In this document: in pieces, positions 57,307-64,000 of the stretch | Layout: every line of letters starts with the position of its first letter | Numbering within the stretch: position 1 is the stretch's first letter | From: Bacilli bacterium | Lineage (GTDB): Bacteria > Bacillota_I > Bacilli_A > RFN20 > CAG-826 | NCBI GenBank assembly: GCA_900767825.1 | Contig: CAAGAN010000020.1 | Coordinates: forward strand, 6,831-70,830 | Length of the DNA: 64,000 bases | Direction of reading: 5' to 3' | Notes under the pieces: model-generated | Databases searched by the model: none | Told to the model about the DNA's origin: nothing | The model's input: the letters and a program-made list of their open reading frames with translations, nothing else | Position numbers and translations under genes: made by a program

Positions 57307-58330
57307 TGAGTTTCTTTAGTTCTTCCTTAGATGGAAGTATGGTTTCATATTTGCTAGCAAAAATTTGGTCATTATCTTTTGGAAGAGTCATTTCGATAAT
57401 AGCATCACTCTTTTCTTTGCATAGTAAAATACCAATAGTTTTGTTCTCATCAGGGAGTTTTACATAACGATCAAAATAGTTGACATACATTTGCATCTGA
57501 CCAATATCTTGATGTTTTAATTTTCCGATTTTTAAATCTATAACCACAAAACACCTCAACAGGCGATTATAAAAAACCAAATCCGCAAAGAAGTGTTGGT
57601 CATCAAATGTTAACCTCATTTGTCTTTGTACAAAGGTAAATCCTTTGCCTAATTCCAACAAAAAATATTGCAGTTTATTTATAATTCTTGTTTCTAGATC
57701 TTTTTCAGAATATCTATCATCTTCTCTTAAATTTAAGAATTCCAAGACGTAAGGGTCCTTAATTGCATCCAATGGTTTTTCGATGATTTGCCCTTTTTGA
57801 GATAATTCGAGAACATTTTGTTTATCACGCGATAAAGCCAATCTTTCATAAAGGGCGGAATCGAATTGGCGGGCAAGTTCCCTTTTGCTCCAATTGTTCT
57901 TGTAGGCTTCTATCTCGTAAAAATGTCTTTCATCAGGATTTCTTATCCTCATCAATTGAATGTACGAAGTCCATCCCAAAAAGAACCGCTTGCCATCACT
58001 TGTTGTTGGCAGGCTCTTCAATTCGCTAACCAGTGGTTGTCCAATTTGATCCGCAGAATAAACCAAATAAAACTGCCTTATCATTTTGAGGTTGGACACG
58101 GAATAGCCTTTGCCAAACTCTTTTGTCAAAGCGGTCGAAAGCTGTTTCAACACTTCTTTGCCATATTCTGCTCGATTTTCACCTTTTTGCTCTTGTTCAA
58201 CAATTCTTCTGCCAATTTCATAATATGTATAAACCATAGCAATATTGATTGCTGCCTTAACTCGTTCCTTAGCGGAAGTTAACAAGTTTTTTATTTCGTT
58301 GATAAAATTAACATCAATAATATCAGACAT
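57293..58330 (-). CDS. YhcG-like PDDEXK-superfamily nuclease (DUF1016), second paralog
   Basis: Core 'FFADLVFYNRLLRCFVVIDLKIGKLKHQDIGQMQMYVNYFD'. It lies immediately downstream of tRNA-Leu(CAA) on the same strand. Confidence 0.7.
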   Translation of the reverse strand: MSDIIDVNFINEIKNLLTSAKERVKAAINIAMVYTYYEIGRRIVEQEQKGENRAEYGKEVLKQLSTALTKEFGKGYSVSNLKMIRQFYLVYSADQIGQPLVSELKSLPTTSDGKRFFLGWTSYIQLMRIRNPDERHFYEIEAYKNNWSKRELARQFDSALYERLALSRDKQNVLELSQKGQIIEKPLDAIKDPYVLEFLNLREDDRYSEKDLETRIINKLQYFLLELGKGFTFVQRQMRLTFDDQHFFADLVFYNRLLRCFVVIDLKIGKLKHQDIGQMQMYVNYFDRYVKLPDENKTIGILLCKEKSDAIIEMTLPKDNDQIFASKYETILPSKEELKKLIEEK

Positions 58331-58388
58331 AAATAGTCCCCCTTAATTCAATAACATTATATCATTTTTGCTCTTTATTAACAATGAT

Positions 58389-58426
58389 GGATCGCAAAAA
58401 ATAAAAAACGAGATAGTGCTATCTCG
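58389..58426 (-). terminator. rho-independent terminator following tRNA-Leu(CAA)
   Basis: Hairpin CGAGATAG/CTATCTCG followed on the minus strand by TTTTTTATTTTTTG. Confidence 0.5.
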
Positions 58427-58438
58427 TAATTTGATTAG

Positions 58439-58525
58439 TGGTGCCCGAGGCCGGACTCGAACCGGCACGTCCTCATCAGACAGTGGATTTTGAGTCCACC
58501 GCGTCTACCATTCCACCACACGGGC
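58439..58525 (-). tRNA. tRNA-Leu (anticodon CAA)
   Basis: Minus-strand cloverleaf with D-arm GTG-GAATGGTAGA-CGC, anticodon stem GTGGA/TCCAC, loop CTCAAAA, long variable arm, T-arm GCCGG-TTCGAGT-CCGGC, and CCA encoded. By my reading the acceptor stem has one mismatch (T6:T67). Confidence 0.7.
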
Positions 58526-58594
58526 GCATGGATTATTATAATGAATTCTATTGGAATTGCTATAAGAAATTTAGTAGCGGCGGGATGCCCTCCA

Positions 58595-59188
58595 TTAAAT
58601 CGATTCCACTTCGATTCTAATAATGTTTATTTCTTTATTCTTTTTTATACAAACCCCAATCATATAATCCTCATATTTAATGGATTTAGAAGAAAATGAT
58701 TCACCCATGCAGTTAAATAATCCTTCAGTAGACGGAATTTCTTTTATTTTTCCTTTTAATCCGGTTCCAACGCATTTACCTAGGCTTTCTTTCAATACCC
58801 ACCTAGAAAAGAACTGTTCTTTAGTTTTTATTTCTTTTACATCTGATTCAGAAAAAGAATAATCGATTAGACTAGGATTTATATCTTTTATCTTTTCTAT
58901 ATCAATACCTATAGGTGAATTAGAAGTGGCTAGAATTACATATTCATTGGAATGTGACAAAGAGAATTCAATGTTATCTTTATAAGGCTTTCCAGAATCT
59001 AGATATTTAATAGATAATGGACCCGTGTATTTATTAATTAGGTAAGAGCCCCCGATTGAAAGAAGATAATCATTACGTTTTATATATCTATTCGCTTTGA
59101 TAATCCTTTCTTTATCGATGGCATTTAAAATCAATTCTTCATTGGCTTCTATTTCTTTAGTTGATAATAAATGCAAGGTTATATCCAT
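58595..59188 (-). CDS. 4'-phosphopantetheinyl transferase (Sfp/AcpT-type)
   Basis: Motifs 'EFSLSHS' (F-N-I-S-H-S equivalent), 'GIDIEKI' and 'WVLKESLGK' (W-x-x-K-E-A-x-x-K). Confidence 0.7.
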   Translation of the reverse strand: MDITLHLLSTKEIEANEELILNAIDKERIIKANRYIKRNDYLLSIGGSYLINKYTGPLSIKYLDSGKPYKDNIEFSLSHSNEYVILATSNSPIGIDIEKIKDINPSLIDYSFSESDVKEIKTKEQFFSRWVLKESLGKCVGTGLKGKIKEIPSTEGLFNCMGESFSSKSIKYEDYMIGVCIKKNKEINIIRIEVESI

Positions 59189-59306
59189 TTAAATAAGTCC
59201 TTAACGGCCTTGCTATATTAACATATTAATAAATTAATAAGCATTGATATTGACAATAATTATTCTTTTATTATTCTTTTTCCGTTAAAAAGAAAGGATT
59301 TTATTT

Positions 59307-61850
59307 ATGAATAAAAAGAACATTGGATTCTTCTTATCATTAACTGGTGCCTTGGCTTGCTTAGCTAGCTGTGGTGGGGATACTTCTTCCTCTTCTAGTA
59401 CCCAAAGTGAACCTCTTCCACCTCCTCCAAGTATTGATGAGAAAGATTTTTCTGATTTAAAAGGTACTTTCGTTGGCAAAAGTGGCACACTAAATCTAAC
59501 TAATGCAGGTTTATCTATCGAAGGAAAACTCAATTTAGATTTAATTCCTACTAAAGCCATTAAACTAGATTCGGTTGTCACTGATAAGGAAGGAAATGAG
59601 ACTACCTACAAGATAGAGGCTCTTGAATTTAATTCTACATATAATGAATTTACCTATAGGGCCTATATTGATTTATATGGAGATGGTTTCTTCCATCTAG
59701 AAAAAGAAGTAGATGGAACTTTTGCTACTTTAGATACATTTATGCCTGAAGTAGGTTATCTATCTGGTTCTTATAGTTCATTTGGAGATTCTTCAGTTTC
59801 TAATGTATATGACATTATTGATCATGACTTTGATTTTGATAAAGGTGTCTATCCTAGTTCTAGATATTCCCCTTTATCTTTATCTTATGGGCCTTCTAAT
59901 CAATTCTATTATGTTTCCAGGACTAGAATAGACACGAGCAATATCAAGTTCCCAATCGTTGTTACCATGGAAATGTATGATGACGATGATTATGGATATG
60001 GTGAGAATATTGTTCATGCGATTAGCGATGAAAAAGGAACTGTAGGTTATAGGTTTGGTGATGATAGTACAGCTTCCGTTACTGATCCAGGCGCACTTAA
60101 TAAGCAAGTTTTATTCGATGGAACTTCTACTGTTACATTAGAAATGGATGTCAAGACTAAGAATCTTACCTTAGGTGACATTAGTGGAGTTTATTCCACC
60201 TATGTCGATGAAAAAGGCATGAGTGTAGATGTCAAGTCTGGAGACGCTACTTATTCAATTAGAATTGGTGATCACTATGTTACCGTTACCAATAAAGATG
60301 TGACTAAGGTATATGCCTATAATTCAGTCGCTGAATTAGTTGGTGAATTCAAAAAGGATGGGAATACCATCTCAATCAGTGAAGGTGAACAAGAAGGCAG
60401 CCTTGTCACTAAATATAATGGAACTACAGTTGATACAACCTATGTTATCCATAACAATAGGAAGTCTCTTAAGTTTGCTTCCGGTTCAACTGAATATGTC
60501 GTCTCTCCTGATAAATTAAATACTTCAGTCGAAGTTACTTCTAATGGAGTTAAGTCTTTCTTTATTAATGAAACTTTATTCCGTAGCTATTTTGTCGATA
60601 CGATGGTTATACATAATAAAAAAGCCAATCTATCTATCAAAATTGATGAAAATCTAAAAGCTAGCGAAGGAGTTAATTCCGGTAATCTAGCCCTTTATTA
60701 TTGGCATGGCCAAAGATATCCAAGCCTAGTTGGTAAGATTGGTGATAAAGAAATCACAATTAAACTAATTCAACCAAATATTGGTTATTACGAGGTTACT
60801 TATGGGGGCGAAGTCTTTGATTCGTTCTCCATGACTACATTAAATAAGGTATTTGGAACCTATTCTTCTAATTATAAAGATAGACTGGAACTTGATATTG
60901 AGAAGATTGTAATTGATTCTAAAGTTCTCTCTTATGAATTGAAGCCAATTTATCAAAAAGGAACTGGTACCTATACATTCGGTATTCAAGTAGGGGAAGT
61001 TGTTTATGAAAATAACCTTAATGGCTGCTTTATTACTAACGATAAATCCTATGTCAAATTAGATGTATTTACTTCCGTATTTGGCACTTATAGCCAATAT
61101 GCTAAATATGGAGAAGAAAACATTAAATTCCTCGATGGCAAGTTAACTCTTGATACAGTCAATTCTTCTAATGATGGATTAGATAAAGATGTTGAATATA
61201 ACTACCTCATCATGACAGCAGGGGATAATTCTAGCAAAGCCGTTATAGCATTTGAATATACGACAAATGCGGCTGGCGAAAAAGTCTATGTCTACATTTA
61301 TTTCTACGAGACTTATGTTACTATCGTTTCTCAAAAGTATTATAAGAATGGTATTTATAATTCTTGGGGCACATATGCCGATGAATCTAATAGCAATGTA
61401 GTCTACCTTCAAAATGATTCCATCTATTATAACGGCAGCCAAGACTTCATTACTTCCTGGAAAGAAACCGAAGCTGGGCTAGTTGCAACTTCTTCTACTA
61501 GGACATATACATTCAAAGATGGCAAAGTTAGCGTTAAAGAAGGGGAAGCGACCCTAGAATTAACAAGGAAGTTAACCTATAACGACTTTGATAAGTTTGT
61601 TGGGGAATATACTGTCGGAGAGAAGACTTTCTCCTTCGTTAAGAATGAAGTTGTAGGTTATAACCTTGTTGATGGATCTACTAAATTTGATTTAACTTCA
61701 ATGAAGATAACTGGGGAAAACGGCAAGTTAACCTTAGTAGTTAGTTCCTTTTCGGCTAAATATAGCTTATCAATAGATTTGACTACTAATGAAGTAACGG
61801 CTTCTTATGATGCTGGATTATTGCCTCCTCCTCCGCCACCATTACCTTAA
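59307..61850 (+). CDS. large surface lipoprotein ending in a poly-proline tail (hypothetical)
   Basis: Lipobox 'CLASCGGDTSSSSS'. 847 aa. C-terminal 'LLPPPPPPLP'. Confidence 0.7.
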   Translation: MNKKNIGFFLSLTGALACLASCGGDTSSSSSTQSEPLPPPPSIDEKDFSDLKGTFVGKSGTLNLTNAGLSIEGKLNLDLIPTKAIKLDSVVTDKEGNETTYKIEALEFNSTYNEFTYRAYIDLYGDGFFHLEKEVDGTFATLDTFMPEVGYLSGSYSSFGDSSVSNVYDIIDHDFDFDKGVYPSSRYSPLSLSYGPSNQFYYVSRTRIDTSNIKFPIVVTMEMYDDDDYGYGENIVHAISDEKGTVGYRFGDDSTASVTDPGALNKQVLFDGTSTVTLEMDVKTKNLTLGDISGVYSTYVDEKGMSVDVKSGDATYSIRIGDHYVTVTNKDVTKVYAYNSVAELVGEFKKDGNTISISEGEQEGSLVTKYNGTTVDTTYVIHNNRKSLKFASGSTEYVVSPDKLNTSVEVTSNGVKSFFINETLFRSYFVDTMVIHNKKANLSIKIDENLKASEGVNSGNLALYYWHGQRYPSLVGKIGDKEITIKLIQPNIGYYEVTYGGEVFDSFSMTTLNKVFGTYSSNYKDRLELDIEKIVIDSKVLSYELKPIYQKGTGTYTFGIQVGEVVYENNLNGCFITNDKSYVKLDVFTSVFGTYSQYAKYGEENIKFLDGKLTLDTVNSSNDGLDKDVEYNYLIMTAGDNSSKAVIAFEYTTNAAGEKVYVYIYFYETYVTIVSQKYYKNGIYNSWGTYADESNSNVVYLQNDSIYYNGSQDFITSWKETEAGLVATSSTRTYTFKDGKVSVKEGEATLELTRKLTYNDFDKFVGEYTVGEKTFSFVKNEVVGYNLVDGSTKFDLTSMKITGENGKLTLVVSSFSAKYSLSIDLTTNEVTASYDAGLLPPPPPPLP

Positions 61851-61869
61851 TCTAAATAGTCATTAAACA

Positions 61870-61905
61870 AAAATAGCATTCCCTCGTGGAGTGCTATTTT
61901 GCTAT
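61870..61905. terminator. bidirectional rho-independent terminator between convergent genes
   Basis: 11-bp stem AATAGCATTCC / GGAGTGCTATT (one G-U pair) with loop CTCGT, flanked by A-run and T-run sequences. Confidence 0.55.
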
Positions 61906-61914
61906 ATGCCCTTC

Positions 61915-62952
61915 TTATTTTTGCTTTTTGAAGTCATTTTCTATATAGGTGATTATAGAAGTACTAAACCTTTCAAAGCTGAATTTATCTAATATTTCTT
62001 TCTTGATTGAAAAAGGTATCTTATCTGGCTCTTCCGTTATCTTTTCTTTTAATTCGTCTAAAGAAGAATAGAATTTAACCGGGAAAGAAGAATATATTTC
62101 CTTAAATACTTCAATTGAAGAAATTATAGGTTCAGTCCCTAGATATAAAGCTTCAAAAGGAGGCAAGCCAAATCCTTCATATTTAGAAGGCAAGACCAGG
62201 TATTTAGAAGATGCGATTTCTTCGTATAGGTTAGAAGAATTTATTTCTCCAGTGAAGATGACATCTTTATATTTAGATTCATCGATATTTAATCCCGTAA
62301 TGAAGTTTTCTTTATTTCCAATTACTTTAAGAACCGGCTTATTTTCGCCTAGTTCCTCATATACTTTTAATAAATCCAAGATACCTTTATGTGGTTTAAC
62401 ATTGCCTACATATGTAATCTGGTTTCTTTTACTTATATTTGAAGTATCAAATTCTTGGATAGGTTTACCAATTGAAATGTAATTAGTCTCAAATTTATCT
62501 TTGTATTTTGGATAATAATGCAGACATCTAGATTTAGTAAAGTTAGAGACACAGAATATATGTCTAGATTTAGAGACACATCTAGCTAATAAAGTCTTCT
62601 TTATTTGATAATCAATAAATCCATTTGTTGTTATTTGCTTTAAATCAAGGAATATCAAATCATGGATAATTGAATACACGGGTAGCTTATTTTTAAAAGG
62701 AATAAGGAAATTAGGAATAAAAATGCAGTCACAGTTTTTATTTATATATTTCCAATTTGTCATTATTCCTTTCTTGGAATAAGGCTCGCTAGAATCAGAA
62801 AAAATATAGAAAGGGTGATATTTCTCTAATTTAGATTTATCTCCAATTAGATAATATTCATTTCTAGAAAAATCTAGATTATCTAGAAACCCTTCTAGAA
62901 CTCTTCCAATCCCAGATTTACCAATATATCTACAATCAATTGCTATCTTCAT
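61915..62952 (-). CDS. glycosyltransferase family 4 (GT-B, group 1)
   Basis: 'LVLPSKYEGFGLPPFEALYLGTEPI' is an E-x7-E-type motif characteristic of GT4. Confidence 0.75.
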   Translation of the reverse strand: MKIAIDCRYIGKSGIGRVLEGFLDNLDFSRNEYYLIGDKSKLEKYHPFYIFSDSSEPYSKKGIMTNWKYINKNCDCIFIPNFLIPFKNKLPVYSIIHDLIFLDLKQITTNGFIDYQIKKTLLARCVSKSRHIFCVSNFTKSRCLHYYPKYKDKFETNYISIGKPIQEFDTSNISKRNQITYVGNVKPHKGILDLLKVYEELGENKPVLKVIGNKENFITGLNIDESKYKDVIFTGEINSSNLYEEIASSKYLVLPSKYEGFGLPPFEALYLGTEPIISSIEVFKEIYSSFPVKFYSSLDELKEKITEEPDKIPFSIKKEILDKFSFERFSTSIITYIENDFKKQK

Positions 62953-64000
62953 TTTCTTTATTCTTACCTTTAAATATTTTCTTACGTAACTTCAATGCGA
63001 AGGTATTTACCAATTCTTCTTTAGTCAATCTAATGGATATGTAATAAATAATTACTCCTACTAAGAAAAGAACCAAAGTCCTGAATGTTGCTCTAGTTAT
63101 ATGATCTTTAATTAATAGATTAACCCCAAATATAACTAAAGCCATGATTATTGACGATATAAGTGGCTTTATAGCCTTTTTACATATACCTTTATAATCT
63201 ATTTCTTCAGTCGAGAAAATAATACAAAGTAAGACAAGGACGAAATTAGATATAGTCGTGGCTATTCCTGCCCCGAATGCTCCCCAAAGCTTTATAAAGA
63301 AATAATTAAGGATGCAGTTTAATGCCATTGATACAAAATAGAATATCGATACTAGCTTTTCTTTGCCATACGGGAAGAAGTAAATAGAAGTAATTAAAGA
63401 AGCGATAGGTAAGAACAATACAGTTGGGGTAAGTACATATAATACATTTATAGCAGGAGAGAAATCTGAACCAAAATAGGCCAGGATAAAGCTATCCCCA
63501 ACGGTCAATAATCCTCCAATTGAAGGAATGGCGATTAATAAGGCTAGTTCAAACATGGTACTAGTCTTTTCTTTTATTTCTTTTTTCTCGCCATTTTTAT
63601 AAAGAATTGCAATTCTAGATAATATAACAGGAGCAATAGCGGCGATTAGATTGGTAACTAATGATGTAATTTTAGTCGCCTGCTGATAAAAACCTACTTC
63701 AGAAGTGGAGGCTAGATTGCCTAACATCGCTTGATCCAATAATGTGCAGATTTGAATTGCAGCGACTGGAAGCAAAAATGGGGCGCTTCCCTTGGCGACT
63801 CTCCAGATATTTATTTGTTTGAAATCTGGTTTATTGATTTTCCCTTTGATGCAGCAAAATAAAACTATATTAAGTACAGTTGCCTGCAATGATTTTATTA
63901 AAGTGTATATCCATAAATCTTGTTTTGTTCTTACGAATATAAAGATACAAATTAAATAAGAAAGGCTAGAAATGAAAGTCGCTAAGGAAGTCCACTTGAA
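62936..64000 (-). CDS. polysaccharide flippase (Wzx/MOP-superfamily), 5'-partial: frame open to window end
   Basis: Polytopic membrane protein. Hand translation upstream of the ORF-track TTG start (63889) is open and hydrophobic through position 64000 (...FKWTSLATFISSLSYLICIFIFVRTKQDLWIYTLIKSLQATVLN...). It is co-oriented and overlapping with the GT4 gene. Confidence 0.65.
   Translation of the reverse strand, partial: FKWTSLATFISSLSYLICIFIFVRTKQDLWIYTLIKSLQATVLNIVLFCCIKGKINKPDFKQINIWRVAKGSAPFLLPVAAIQICTLLDQAMLGNLASTSEVGFYQQATKITSLVTNLIAAIAPVILSRIAILYKNGEKKEIKEKTSTMFELALLIAIPSIGGLLTVGDSFILAYFGSDFSPAINVLYVLTPTVLFLPIASLITSIYFFPYGKEKLVSIFYFVSMALNCILNYFFIKLWGAFGAGIATTISNFVLVLLCIIFSTEEIDYKGICKKAIKPLISSIIMALVIFGVNLLIKDHITRATFRTLVLFLVGVIIYYISIRLTKEELVNTFALKLRKKIFKGKNKENEDSN

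Noticed and set aside
50370-58525. Prophage or ICE spanning the minus-strand block
   Set aside because: No integrase, recombinase, relaxase, capsid, terminase or type IV secretion genes. Only isolated island-type cargo (RhuM remnant, YhcG, GNAT) is present.
58438-58699. Two overlapping 60-69 aa plus-strand ORFs
   Set aside because: They overlap tRNA-Leu(CAA) (minus strand) and the 3' end of the PPTase gene. There is no RBS, and the tRNA explains the sequence.
1-64000. Mycoplasma-type genetic code (TGA = Trp)
   Set aside because: Long ORFs terminate at TGA (for example 27694, 46309 and 10895), and TGG is used for Trp in conserved motifs (GHSWGG, PGLTGYWQV). The standard code 11 fits.

Overview
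This 64 kb window is low-GC (about 30% GC) chromosomal DNA read with the standard genetic code: TGA is used as a stop codon and TGG as Trp. Gene content suggests a low-GC Firmicutes/Mollicutes-like bacterium, possibly wall-less (an Acholeplasma- or Erysipelotrichia-like lifestyle); this is an inference from many large Ser-rich lipoproteins and TM-anchored surface proteins with no LPXTG motif seen.

Gene order from start to end:
- 2..1033: a 5'-truncated HisKA_3-type sensor kinase, convergent with a DarA-like c-di-AMP receptor (1034..1366, minus).
- 1510..4476: a cyclophilin PPIase, then a TetR-family regulator–oleate hydratase pair with a palindromic operator between them.
- 4578..4653: tRNA-Ala(GGC).
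- 4770..6268: a DUF2089 regulator, a small membrane protein and a secreted protein with an aerolysin/ETX-MTX2-like amphipathic beta-hairpin.
- 6439..10265: a membrane protein, a GH3 beta-glucosidase and an alpha/beta hydrolase.
- 10279..12471: tRNA-Leu(CAG), then an unusual ~480 bp GC-rich ORF-free segment, then a YhcG-type PDDEXK nuclease, decayed remnants, and tRNA-Arg(CCG).
- 12607..15747: a polytopic membrane protein and a lipoprotein with Cys/His-rich repeats (both minus).
- 15940..20541: a flavodoxin-like protein, an initiating sugar transferase, an O-antigen-ligase-like membrane protein and a DUF4143-type ATPase.
- 20637..26915: three tandem giant lipoproteins.
- 27098..29767: two esterase-type hydrolases and a Gfo/Idh/MocA oxidoreductase.
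- 30089..50265: a glycan-utilisation locus. It holds two paralogous TM-anchored surface proteins, a secreted Cys-based phosphatase, a 1418-aa surface enzyme, an ABC sugar importer, an AraC regulator and three glycoside hydrolases.
- 50370..58525: a minus-strand block: a stand-alone ATPase, a lipoprotein with Listeria-Bacteroides repeats, an AlbA_2/HATPase regulator bracketed by 9-mer direct-repeat arrays, a decayed RhuM-like pseudogene, an HTH-GNAT fusion, a second YhcG nuclease and tRNA-Leu(CAA).
- 58595..64000: a PPTase, another giant lipoprotein, a GT4 glycosyltransferase and a Wzx-like flippase truncated by the window end.

No CRISPR array, integrase, transposase or phage structural genes were seen. 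The most interesting candidates are the GC-rich structured segment next to tRNA-Leu, the tRNA-Leu/YhcG duplicated modules, the repeat-bracketed AlbA_2 gene and the DUF2089/membrane/beta-hairpin secreted protein operon.
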